From: Candidatus Acidiferrum sp.
Lineage (GTDB): Bacteria; Acidobacteriota; Terriglobia; Terriglobales; Acidobacteriaceae
DNA: 64,000 nt
Assembly (NCBI GenBank): GCA_035602195.1
Contig: DATNMU010000216.1
Location: forward strand, 4,853-68,852
Reading direction: 5' to 3'
Shown here one piece after another: positions 31,458 to 40,405 of this stretch. Below the pieces are notes generated by a model, which saw only the letters and a list, made by a program, of their open reading frames with translations, was not told the DNA's origin and searched no databases. A program made the translations under genes and the position numbers. The first letter of the stretch is position 1. The number at the start of each line of letters is the position of its first letter.

Positions 31458-31759
31458 TAGCAGTCGCACTTCAAGGAGTTGGACTATAGCAGTAAAGGGT
31501 CGCTCCCTTCCCGGGGCGGCCCTGCTCTGCCGGCCCCCATCGCGCAGAGTTGCAGCAGGGGATTATTTTCAACACTCGTCTTTCATTATTCATTCGGCGT
31601 TCTAAGTAGCATCGCTGTATCCACGCCCCATTCTGGGCGCGTGGCGGGCCGAGTCCAGGGTTAGTTTTGAGGGGGATGTACACTGCCTGTGTTTGCTCTG
31701 CGTGCACCGCTTTCCCCGCGGGTTCCAGCGCTCCATGGGTATTAAGGGAGCCATCCTCA

Positions 31760-32080
31760 ATGGAATTTCGGGATAAAGTACTCACCTGCATCGACTGCGG
31801 CGCTGAATTCGTGTTCACTGCCGGCGAACAACTCTTTTTCCACGACAAACAATTCAAGAACGAGCCCAAGCGCTGCAAAACCTGCAAGTCCAAGCGCGTC
31901 GCCGTCCTCAACTCCGCTCCCTCGGCGCGCGGCGAAGGCCACCACTACTCCCGCGTCGAAACCCGCGCCACCTGTTCACAGTGCGGCAAAGACACTACCG
32001 TCCCATTTCGACCGACTCAGGGACGGCCGATTTTGTGCCGGGAATGCTTTCAGCAGAAAAAGACCGTCGCGACGGCCTGA
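31760..32080 (+). CDS. Zinc-ribbon protein (two CxxC...CxxC modules)
   Basis: SD aagggag, then MEFRDKVLTCIDCGAEFVFTAGEQLFFHDKQFKNEPKRCKTCKSKR...ATCSQCGKDTTVPFRPTQGRPILCRECFQ. Confidence 0.75.
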   Translation: MEFRDKVLTCIDCGAEFVFTAGEQLFFHDKQFKNEPKRCKTCKSKRVAVLNSAPSARGEGHHYSRVETRATCSQCGKDTTVPFRPTQGRPILCRECFQQKKTVATA

Positions 32081-32268
32081 CTGGCTCCCGACCAAAGTCA
32101 CTAAGCGAGGGTCGCGAAGCGACGATACTCGTTAATCCACCACGTAAGTGCTGGGTCCGGGCCGCTGCCGACAATTGAGTTTCCTGCAGGGGGAAGACAC
32201 CGCGGTTCTGCCTGGCATATTCGCGCGCGGATCAGGCGCTGATTCCCTCGTTGCGCTAACATAATTCC

Positions 32269-33927
32269 GTGCCCACCTTCCACGTCGAAAACTTCGGCTG
32301 CCGCGCCACGCAGGCCGACGGCGCCGCCCTCGAGCGCCAGTTCGAATCCCGCGGCCTCTCCCGCGCTCCATCGAACAGCGCCGACCTGGTCATATTGAAT
32401 ACTTGTACGGTCACGGGTTCCGCGGATCAAGACGCCCGCGCTGCCATCCGGCGGGTGCAGCGGCAAAATCCGTTGGCCAAAATCATCGTCACCGGATGTT
32501 ATGCACAGCGTGCGCCCGAAGAAATTGCCGCGCTGCCCGGTGTCACCGCAGTCATCGGCAACTCGCACAAACACCAACTCGCGGAAATCGCTTTAGAGAA
32601 TCTCGCGGACTGCACTCGCCCCGATCCCCTGCCGCCTGTCAATTCTGGGTCGCACCATTCCGGGTCGGGCAATTCTGGATCGAGCGATTCCGCGTCGGGT
32701 GATTCCGGGTCGGGTGATTCCGCGTCGGCCGATTTTGGGTCGGCCGATTTTGGGTGGCGCAGCGCTTCCAGCGCTGCGATTCCTCTTGCCCATTTTCAGC
32801 CGGCTTTAGCCGCTGAGGTCAACGGATTCATTCCAGTCGCGAATCTTACCGCCCAAGCCCGAAGCCCACAGCCCCAAGCCCGCCTCTTCGTCTCCGACAT
32901 CTTCGCCCACACCGAACTGCTGGCCGCGCCCGTCTTCGAATCCGCCAACCATCTTCAAGACCGCACTCGTCCCAACCTCAAAGTGCAGGATGGATGCGAC
33001 AACCGCTGTTCCTTCTGCGTAATCCCCAGCGTCCGTGGCCACAGCCGGTCGTTACCGGTGCGCGAAATTATTCGCGAGGTGAACACATTGGTGGGCGCGG
33101 GCTATCGCGAGGTTGTCATCAGCGGTATCAACCTCGGCCGCTGGGGGCGCGATTTAGCTCTCAGCCATACGCTTTCACCCATCCGCAACAGCCGCGCCAT
33201 GGACGGCCAACGACCAGCGACTAACGACCAACGACTCGAGTCCCTCATTCGCACCATTCTCGCCGAAACTCGACTGGAAAAGCTTCGCATCTCTTCCGTC
33301 GAACCGATGGATTGGACCGACGATCTCATCGCCCTCGTCGCCTCCTCGCCGCGCATCGCCAAGCACGCGCACGTCCCGCTGCAATCCGGCAGTGACGCCG
33401 TGCTTCGCCGCATGCACCGCAAATATCGTCCCTGGCACTATCGCGAGAAGATCGAAAAAATTCACGCCGCCATGCCCATCGCCGCCATCGGCGCCGACGT
33501 CATGACCGGATTCCCCTGTGAGACCGACGCCGAATTCGAAGCCACCCGCCGCCTCATCGAAGACCTGCCCTTCACTTATCTGCACGTCTTCACCTTCTCC
33601 GCCCGCCCCGGTACGCCGGCAGCGGCCATGCCCAATCAGGTTCCCGTCCACATCGCCCGCGAGCGCAACAAAATCCTGCGCGATCTCGCCACCGAAAAAA
33701 AACAAGCCTTTATGCGATCCTTTGTAGGGAAACAATTGGAGGCCATTACGCTCGCTCAGCATTCGCCCGACGGAGAATTTACCGAAGCCCTCACCGACAA
33801 CTATCAGAAATTCTTCCTAAAAGGCCGCCATGCCCCGAACCGTTGGATCAACGCACATGTAGAGCATTTGTCGGATGGTGTGCTGGTGGGAAGCACGTCC
33901 TCGTCCTCCCACGGCTTGTCATCCTAA
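32269..33927 (+). CDS. mtaB: MiaB-like tRNA methylthiotransferase (MtaB type) carrying an internal repeat-derived insertion
   Basis: FHVENFGCRATQADG...LNTCTVTGSADQDAR (MTTase N-domain). Radical-SAM CDNRCSFC, then a TRAM-like C-terminus. 552 aa. Confidence 0.85.
   Translation: MPTFHVENFGCRATQADGAALERQFESRGLSRAPSNSADLVILNTCTVTGSADQDARAAIRRVQRQNPLAKIIVTGCYAQRAPEEIAALPGVTAVIGNSHKHQLAEIALENLADCTRPDPLPPVNSGSHHSGSGNSGSSDSASGDSGSGDSASADFGSADFGWRSASSAAIPLAHFQPALAAEVNGFIPVANLTAQARSPQPQARLFVSDIFAHTELLAAPVFESANHLQDRTRPNLKVQDGCDNRCSFCVIPSVRGHSRSLPVREIIREVNTLVGAGYREVVISGINLGRWGRDLALSHTLSPIRNSRAMDGQRPATNDQRLESLIRTILAETRLEKLRISSVEPMDWTDDLIALVASSPRIAKHAHVPLQSGSDAVLRRMHRKYRPWHYREKIEKIHAAMPIAAIGADVMTGFPCETDAEFEATRRLIEDLPFTYLHVFTFSARPGTPAAAMPNQVPVHIARERNKILRDLATEKKQAFMRSFVGKQLEAITLAQHSPDGEFTEALTDNYQKFFLKGRHAPNRWINAHVEHLSDGVLVGSTSSSSHGLSS
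32640..32759 (+). repeat. Eight tandem 15-bp units inside the mtaB CDS, in frame (pentapeptide units NSGSH/HSGSG/DSASG/DFGSA)
   Basis: caattctgggtcgca ccattccgggtcggg caattctggatcgag cgattccgcgtcggg tgattccgggtcggg tgattccgcgtcggc cgattttgggtcggc cgattttgggtggcg. It is directly followed by a family C element (32747-32819). Confidence 0.9.
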
Positions 33928-34086
33928 GGCCTGTCACCCTGTGGCCTGTCATCCTGAGGACCGCGTTCTGTGCGGGCCGAAGGATCTCTGCACTCACTTG
34001 CTGCAGTGCCGCCGCCTGCGAGTTACCTAGGTCCTTTCCTCGGCAGTCCGGCGAAGCCCGGAACTCCACTTCGTCAGGATGACAAG
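33915..34086. repeat. MITE-like element with terminal inverted repeats (cttgtcatccta ... caggatgacaag); overlaps the mtaB stop
   Basis: The 12-nt termini match in 11 of 12 positions as reverse complements. The interior holds family A-variant hairpins (gtcatcctgaggaccgcgttctgtgcgggccgaaggatctc). Confidence 0.7.
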
Positions 34087-34166
34087 GGGTTTGAGTTGGC
34101 GAATGGATAGCGGGAAGTTCCCGACAAGACAAAACTCGCTGCTTTTTGCAACAAATTATGTGTGAT

Positions 34167-34565
34167 TCACTCCAACGGCAGCAGATACAAATCCAACTCG
34201 CTCATAGGAAAGTCTTTTCGGTTATCGGTGGCGAGCGAGCAGCGTTGCTTCAGCGCCACCGCCGCAACCATCGTGTCGGCCAACGTCAGCGTTCGGCCCT
34301 TTCGAGCCCACTCGTTCTTGAGCCTGCCCGCCATCTCGCCAACATCGGCGGTAATTTCGTGGCAATCAAGAACGTTTAGAAAATCTCTCGTCGCCGTTCC
34401 TTCTTCAGGCCGCATGCCGGCATAGACTTCAGCCAGGTTGAGTGCCGACGTTGCCAGCATATGCCCCGAACGCACAAGCCCAGCCAGCCACTGCCGCCGC
34501 CCGCGACGCAACCGCAAAGCATCGATCAGTACCGAGGTGTCGAGTAGAATCTGCATCGATTTCAC
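34167..34565 (-). CDS. vapC: PIN-domain toxin VapC
   Basis: MQILLDTSVLIDAL...LNLAEVYAGM...TLADTMVAAVALKQRCSLATDNRKDF. Confidence 0.85.
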   Translation of the reverse strand: MKSMQILLDTSVLIDALRLRRGRRQWLAGLVRSGHMLATSALNLAEVYAGMRPEEGTATRDFLNVLDCHEITADVGEMAGRLKNEWARKGRTLTLADTMVAAVALKQRCSLATDNRKDFPMSELDLYLLPLE

Positions 34566-34573
34566 TTGCGCCT

Positions 34574-34852
34574 TTAGTTCCGCTTTCGCGCATTTCCATC
34601 TTTGCTCCCGCGTTCGCTCTGCTTACGCAGATCCCGCACCCACTTCGCTGCTCCACCTTTAAGTTCAGGATGGTCTTCCGACTTCCACGCCGGCTCGCCG
34701 TTCTCCAGGAAGCGAAGTAGTTTCCGGCGTTGCACTTCCTGCCGGGCAGTCTCCAGCAAGAATGCACTTCGCCCGCGGGGCCCTACCAGTGCATCGATTT
34801 CCCGCAGGAGATCACTAGGAATCAGAATGTGTGCCCTCTGTGTGTCTTCCAT
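34574..34852 (-). CDS. Antitoxin (ribbon-helix-helix/CopG-like) of the VapBC pair
   Basis: From the ATG at 34852: MEDTQRAHILIPSDLLREIDALVGPRGRSAFLLETARQEVQRRKLLRFLE... It lies 8 nt upstream of vapC. Confidence 0.7.
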   Translation of the reverse strand: MEDTQRAHILIPSDLLREIDALVGPRGRSAFLLETARQEVQRRKLLRFLENGEPAWKSEDHPELKGGAAKWVRDLRKQSERGSKDGNARKRN

Positions 34853-35109
34853 ATGTGTACTAATAGTGTGCCATAAATGAATTCCCGAATCAAGCGGTGC
34901 TGGGTCTGTTGATGTCCAACCGGCGAAACCACGGACTGCGCAAACACGAAGCACCATCAGGCGGAAGGCTATTCAGCGATGCGCCGCCAGCTCACTTCGA
35001 CGCAAACCCCTGTACCCTAAGGTGCATCCGACTTGAGGACGTTTTTCGCGGAAGTCCGCACCACTCCTGTGATCTGGGTTCGCGGCCGCCGGTGGACTAT
35101 AAAAATCTT

Positions 35110-35673
35110 ATGCGTCTTCGGCCCATTTGCGCCTGGTTAGTCCTTTTGTTGAGCCTGGCGGCTCTCCCAGCCGCGCCAGCGCAAGAGAATTGGACTCAGC
35201 ACACACACTCTGCACGAGCAACTCTCCGAACGGTGCGTGACCGGAGGCCGAGCGACACGGAAGCCCAGGCACTAACGCCCGATGAGCGACTGGCCATTCT
35301 AGGCGCCGCGCTCGATCTTCGCCACATTACAACTCGCGGCTCCGATTGTTCGCACTTCGTGCACGCGCTTTATGAGCACGCCGGTTTCCCTTATGCCTAC
35401 GCCAGCTCCACCGATCTTTACGTAGGGATCGACGAATTTCGCCGGGTGACGACTCCGCAAGCTGGAGACCTGGTCGTCTGGGTCGGACATGCAGGCATCG
35501 TGACCAATCCCAAGCGGCATTCTTTTTTCAGCGTGCTGAGTTCGGGCCCCGGCGTCGATTCCTACGAGTCCAGATATTGGAAGCGCCGCGGCCACCCTCG
35601 CTTCTTCCGCTACGTTAAAGCCGACAACCGAGGCGTGCGCTCCAGCTCGCTGAACCGGCCAGACGACTTCTAA
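35110..35673 (+). CDS. Secreted NlpC/P60- or CHAP-like cysteine peptidase
   Basis: Signal peptide MRLRPICAWLVLLLSLAALPAAPAQE. Catalytic-type context GSDCSHFVHALYEHAG ... GDLVVWVGHAGIV. Confidence 0.6.
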   Translation: MRLRPICAWLVLLLSLAALPAAPAQENWTQHTHSARATLRTVRDRRPSDTEAQALTPDERLAILGAALDLRHITTRGSDCSHFVHALYEHAGFPYAYASSTDLYVGIDEFRRVTTPQAGDLVVWVGHAGIVTNPKRHSFFSVLSSGPGVDSYESRYWKRRGHPRFFRYVKADNRGVRSSSLNRPDDF

Positions 35674-36236
35674 CCCTTTCATGCAGTCATCCTGAGACCC
35701 ACACCCTTTGCGGCCCAAATGACCGGGCTAAACGACCTATTCATTTCGTCCTACCCACGCTCACATCTGCGCAGGTTCATCCGGGTCCGGCTCGCGCACC
35801 GGCGCATCCGGATTCTCCGGAGCATCAGGGGGTTCCTTAATCGGGGGCGGCGAAGGCTCCGGCGGTTTCCGCACGCGAAGAAAATCAGGCGGGAAGGTTT
35901 CAACTTCCAGAGAAACGGTCATCCCCCTCAGATGCCCAAACTGCAGAAATGGAAGCCGCGCCCCCAATCGCACCGCCTGCGCGCATCACCGGCAAACACC
36001 CGCGCCCCAACTCGCATCTCATTCCTGAACACGGTCGCGCCCGACGCGTCCAGCAGTTCGGACTCGCGAAGACGAACAGCGTCAGCGAATCGGCGGAGGA
36101 TATGAGGCGGTGAGGTTCAGATTTTTGCTGTTTCTCTGAACGGAGCCAACGAGCTATCTACGCCGATTCAGAGTCCCTCGCAAGCGCGCCCCTTCAGCAA
36201 CCTGCCCTGAGCCAAGCCGCACCCAGCCTTGCCACG

Positions 36237-36520
36237 GATTGTCATCCCGAGCGCAGCAAGATCACTCGCGAAGCGAATGATCCTGCGAAGTCGAGGGACC
36301 TGCTGTCTGCCTACATCGCCACCGATGAGCGGCCCTCGCTTTTCCGCTCACACAGGCACGCCCCATGTGGAGACAGCCGCCTCGGCTGTCCAAGCCTGGG
36401 CGCAGCCCGGCGCCCCCTACCACACTGCCGCCCCCCCGCTGACAAATCCGAATAAACACGCATGTTTGAAATACCGTGGAAGAGCGGCGCTTCCAGCGCC
36501 GCGTAAAGGCGCTTCTGCCT
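36237..36520 (+). repeat. Composite repeat, about 285 bp, copy 1 (family A + B + C modules)
   Basis: About 85-90% identical by eye to 37299-37600 in the same orientation, apart from a roughly 30-bp indel. A third partial copy lies at 37705-37790. Confidence 0.9.
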
Positions 36521-36531
36521 GGCGCAGCCCT

Positions 36532-37068
36532 TCAGCGCCCCGATAACGCATTCGCGCCACCGCCCCTTACCCCCCGCGCATCCAACCCCTGCCCCTCACC
36601 CGCGCCCCGCCCCTTCTCTTCCTTCTTCGCGTACGACCCTCCTCGCCACCGCCGCAACAAATGCCACGCCTCCAAATATCTTTCATACTTATTCTGCCGT
36701 CTCCACGGAGCCAGCCAGATGCTTCCCTTCCGCAGCGCCACCACTCCCGCCGGAATCACATACCACAGGTCCAGCGGAATCAGATACGCCGCCACATAAT
36801 CAATCTCCTCTAGTATGTGCCGCAATCTTTTTCCCGACGGCATGTGGCACGGATACGCCCCTCCCTTCGGCTTCCTCATCGTCGACTTCACCTGCACCCG
36901 GTTCACCAGCCCATCCCGCTCCACAATCAAGTCATAAGGAGCCGAATCTCCCCACAGCTTCCCCACCCGAAACCCCTGCTCCACTCCCCGCGCCAAAAAT
37001 CGCGCCTCCGCCCACTCCCCCCGTTCTTTCGCATTCTTGAATTGCATCCCCCGTTGTCCCATCGCCAT
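36532..37068 (-). CDS. PD-(D/E)XK endonuclease-like protein (group-I-intron-endonuclease-like family, PDDEXK_5 type)
   Basis: KERGEWAEARFLARGVEQGFRVGKLWGDSAPYDLIVERDGLVNRVQVKST has the E...D...(Q/E)VK nuclease-core pattern. The Gly/Arg-rich C-terminal tail is probably repeat-derived. Confidence 0.6.
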   Translation of the reverse strand: MAMGQRGMQFKNAKERGEWAEARFLARGVEQGFRVGKLWGDSAPYDLIVERDGLVNRVQVKSTMRKPKGGAYPCHMPSGKRLRHILEEIDYVAAYLIPLDLWYVIPAGVVALRKGSIWLAPWRRQNKYERYLEAWHLLRRWRGGSYAKKEEKGRGAGEGQGLDARGVRGGGANALSGR

Positions 37069-37298
37069 CCTCGCCTTCCCAAAAGAAAAGCGCGGCCCCT
37101 GTGGAATACAAAAGGCCGCGCTCCAGATTTTTTTCTAGTTTTTACTCTATATTTCCATTATATCAATCAGCAAACCCCTAAAGCGCCACCTTAGCCAGCA
37201 ATATTTCTCCTTTCCCTGCCACCACATACCCTCAATCGCGTAATTTCTGCCTATTGACAACATTCCCCGCAAATTGAAAAAAGAGTTCGCTAACCACC

Positions 37299-37600
37299 GA
37301 TTGTCATCCCGAGCGCAGCAAGATCATTCGCGAAGCGAAGGATCTTGCGAAGTCGAGGGACCTGCTGTCTGCCTACGTCGCCACCAATGAGCGGCCCTAG
37401 CTTTTTCGCTCATACAAGCTCGGACCATGTGGAGACAGCCGCCTCGGCTGTCCAAGCCTGAGCCTGCCCTGAGCGATAGCCGAAGGGGCGAAGCCCGGCG
37501 CCCCCGACCACACTGCCCGCCCCCCGCTGACAAATCCAAATAAATACGGATGCCTGAAATACTTGGAAGAGCGGCGCTTCCAGCGCCGCGTAAGCCGCCT
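37299..37600 (+). repeat. Composite repeat, about 300 bp, copy 2
   Basis: Direct repeat of 36237-36520 on the other side of the endonuclease gene. Confidence 0.9.
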
Positions 37601-38001
37601 TTGGGTGGCGCAGCGCTTCAGCGCTGCGATAAAACATGGACTAGAGGAACCGGGCTTCAGCCCGGTCGCCTAAGACCTGTCCTCCTCCAACACCCTTGCA
37701 ACGAATTGTCATCCCGAGCGAAGCAAGATCATTCGCGAAGCGAAGGATCCGGCAAAGTCGAAGGACCTGCTGTTTGCCTACGTCGCCACTAATGACCGAC
37801 AGCACGCTGTCTTCCTGAGCGCAGCCGAAGGGATCTCCGCCGCACCCTCTCGCCGGCTGGCAGCAGCAGAAAGTGACGAAATAACTCCGCCCGCTGTGCT
37901 GAAAACGCGTCAGTCCCTATTGCATGAGGACAATCTAGTTTGTCCGCCGGACTAAGTTTGTGAAGTGTGAACGTCCCCCCTCACGGCAAAACCGGGCTTG
38001 A

Positions 38002-38769
38002 GTGTGTAACTCGCCCGTCCAATTTCCTCCTTCTGATCCTATAGCAACAAAGCAGTTGACTCTTAAGTCCCTCGGGCCTCTAATGGCAGGCGTCGGGGGC
38101 TTTATGGACTTTCAGGCAGGAAATGCAGGGGAAGACGACAATGTCTACCGCTTTGAAGGTGTTACTAATTTTCAAGGACATCTAGAAATACGGCAAGGCC
38201 AGCTGGTCTATCTCGTTGTTCAAACCAGTGGCGACTCTAGACCTCCCGAGATAAGAGTGGTTCCTTCAGGCGGAGAGGCATTCAACGCTTTCGCATCAGC
38301 GGAGGTTTACGCAGAAGGACGCAATATCTTTGTTCGCGCTTATCGCGCGGTGAGGACTGGCTTACATAGAGTCTATGTCACAGCGGAGGATGCGGTGGTT
38401 ACCGTTGTCCAGTTTAGTGGGGACCTCATTGACAAGCTTAGGCATATGCGGCCCTCCAAGACAACCTGCATGTTCTGCACCGCTCTCCTTATGATTGCGA
38501 TCGTATTTGCGCTTCACGCCTATGCAATACCTGCGGGGGCACATGCATTAGAAGTGCTAGCGGCCAGTTATGCTACAGTGGGGGCCATCGTCGAGGCAGT
38601 CAAACAGCACATTCCCGCCAGGACGCTCGACTTTCTCGAGGATGCACTAAGGATACTGCTTGAACAGCTACACGTTGCGCCTGGATTCGCGCTCCACCCA
38701 GTTGATGCAGCTACGGAGTGGGTCTGCGGTCAGATGCGCCTTTGCCCACCACGTGCAGCCGAGGCCTAA
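38002..38769 (+). CDS. Hypothetical single-pass membrane protein (N-terminal beta-rich domain, TM helix, C-terminal helical domain); start uncertain (GTG 38002 or ATG 38083)
   Basis: 255 aa. YRFEGVTNFQGHLEIRQGQLVYLVVQTSGDSRPPEIRVV...HRVYVTAEDAVVTVVQF, then the TM helix CMFCTALLMIAIVFALHAYAI. Lower GC and rarer codons (cta, ata, aga, tta) than the flanking genes. No recognised family. Confidence 0.55.
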   Translation: MCNSPVQFPPSDPIATKQLTLKSLGPLMAGVGGFMDFQAGNAGEDDNVYRFEGVTNFQGHLEIRQGQLVYLVVQTSGDSRPPEIRVVPSGGEAFNAFASAEVYAEGRNIFVRAYRAVRTGLHRVYVTAEDAVVTVVQFSGDLIDKLRHMRPSKTTCMFCTALLMIAIVFALHAYAIPAGAHALEVLAASYATVGAIVEAVKQHIPARTLDFLEDALRILLEQLHVAPGFALHPVDAATEWVCGQMRLCPPRAAEA

Positions 38770-38898
38770 AGCTGAGAATAGCCCTTTAGGATCCAACCTC
38801 CCAAACCCTGTAAGCAGTTTGCGTGTGACTGCCCCACTCTAGCCAATACCGGGATTGAGTCGGCCACGCGCCTCGATGACAACAAAGTTAGTAAGTCG

Positions 38899-40365
38899 TT
38901 GATGCAGTTCCGGGCATCATCCTTTTTTGCTGTTAGAATTTGCGTCATGCACGCAGCGGTCGAACTTCTTGAGAAGTACGGACTAGTCCGGGACACCGAT
39001 TCACTGCGTGTAACCGAGATTGTCAAACGCAAGATCGTTCGCCTCCAGGAGGAACTGTTCTCGACGGTTGTCACCCAACAACAGGAAGACTATGGCACCG
39101 ATCTCGCCGTCAGTCGAGAAATGGACCCCTTCACTTTCTTGGCAAGCAAATCCCTGCGAGGCGAAACGGCCTGCGGCGAATATGGATGCAGGGTTGAAAA
39201 GCTTGACGCGCTTGGGCGTTACGCTGCTCTGTACGCGAACCAGATTATCCTTCCTCTTCCTCTCACCGATCCCTCGACGATGGATGGCCCTGAGGAGGCC
39301 GCTCAGGAAGTTTCCATGGCTGCGCTGGCGCTCCTCCGTCTGCGACCGCTCTTCGATGCTGGCATCCTCTACCCGGTAATTAGGCGATCTTTCCACTGCC
39401 GTCACACTCTCAGGTGGTGCCAGGAGATGCAAGCGATCGTGGACCGGGCGTCATTGAATATGATGAAGGCCTTGAAAGATGATTTCTTAGTAAGGTTTCA
39501 ACTTCCAGACAAGGCTCCGACGCGAATCCCCAGTATGTACATCGAGGGTCCAGAAGACTTCCTGGAGCATGGCCAGATCGTGATGCTGTTCAACGAACCG
39601 GAGGAATGGAGAGCGAAGAGATGGAAATTCGATGACGAAGGAATGGTCGAGGTCCGCGGCGACAGGAAGCTTGCCGCCCTTTACAGAATCTTCATCGGCA
39701 TAGCAGAAGACACCTCCTTCTATCTAGCATATGGGCGCAACCGGAACGCCCGGCTGCTCACGAATCTTCCAGGGGAGACCTTCCTGCTGGATGCGCTGAC
39801 CGGAGACGACGAAGTCTCGGCAAGCAGCGCAGCCCTCCACGACTGCATGACCCACTCGTTGCCCTTGCTGGCGGGCCTCCCAATTTCCAGGCTCTTGGCG
39901 ATTCGACACGAGGAGCGTGATTCTTTCGAACGATATCGTCTAGCGGTTAGGCAAATCCTGCTGCAAGTCTCCCAGGCGGGTAAGCGGATTCGCAAGAAGG
40001 AAATGCGCGAGCTCTTTCAAGAACGGATCGAACCCGAGCTTGCAAGGATGAAATCGGAGCTTTACCAGGAACGGCGCAGGCAGCGGAGACGAGTTGGAGT
40101 GGGCCTGGCGGGCCTGGCTGCCATGGTGGGAATGGGCGCATTTGGCGGAATTGTCCCCGGAGTTGCGACCGCCGCGGCTGCTGGCGGAGTTTCTTCTGGA
40201 ATAGTGCCCGCGATCGCTAAAGCAGCCATGGCCGTCGCGCCGGGAATCGCCGGAACCAGCCTCTTAGGCAAAGCAGCGCAGTCCTACTGTGAGCACGGAG
40301 CCACCATAAAGGAGAGAAACGATTTCTACTTCTTGCTTCGGCTGACCCAGGAAGCTGAAAGTTGA
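38899..40365 (+). CDS. Hypothetical 472-488-aa protein with a C-terminal Gly/Ala-zipper hydrophobic tail (alternative start at ATG 38947)
   Basis: Long uninterrupted ORF in the lower-GC region. The C-terminus reads RRRQRRRVGVGLAGLAAMVGMGAFGGIVPGVATAAAAGGVSSGIVPAIAKAAMAVAPGIAGTSLLG. No motif I can assign. Confidence 0.65.
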   Translation: MMQFRASSFFAVRICVMHAAVELLEKYGLVRDTDSLRVTEIVKRKIVRLQEELFSTVVTQQQEDYGTDLAVSREMDPFTFLASKSLRGETACGEYGCRVEKLDALGRYAALYANQIILPLPLTDPSTMDGPEEAAQEVSMAALALLRLRPLFDAGILYPVIRRSFHCRHTLRWCQEMQAIVDRASLNMMKALKDDFLVRFQLPDKAPTRIPSMYIEGPEDFLEHGQIVMLFNEPEEWRAKRWKFDDEGMVEVRGDRKLAALYRIFIGIAEDTSFYLAYGRNRNARLLTNLPGETFLLDALTGDDEVSASSAALHDCMTHSLPLLAGLPISRLLAIRHEERDSFERYRLAVRQILLQVSQAGKRIRKKEMRELFQERIEPELARMKSELYQERRRQRRRVGVGLAGLAAMVGMGAFGGIVPGVATAAAAGGVSSGIVPAIAKAAMAVAPGIAGTSLLGKAAQSYCEHGATIKERNDFYFLLRLTQEAES

Positions 40366-40405
40366 AAAGCGCTAGCGGAAATCGGACCCAGACGGAACGT
40401 TCCCA

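Noticed and set aside
32330-32356. T-loop-like motif (ccagttcgaatcccgcgg) that might indicate a tRNA
   Set aside because: It lies inside the conserved N-domain of mtaB (ALERQFESRGL). No acceptor, D or anticodon arms can be drawn around it.
35719-36105. Plus-strand 128-aa ORF and minus-strand 70-aa Pro-rich ORF (35761-35973). A third frame reads ILRRFADAVRLRESELLDASGATVFRNEMRVGARVFAGDA.
   Set aside because: Each has no start/SD combination, frames broken by stops, and Arg- or Pro-rich composition. At best this is a decayed gene fragment; it cannot be supported as a feature.
36237-37600. Diversity-generating retroelement (template/variable repeat pair) or retron as an explanation for the long direct repeats
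   Set aside because: The differences between copies are not adenine-specific (they include c/t, t/g and indels). No reverse transcriptase gene lies nearby, and the repeats are non-coding composites of the common hairpin modules.
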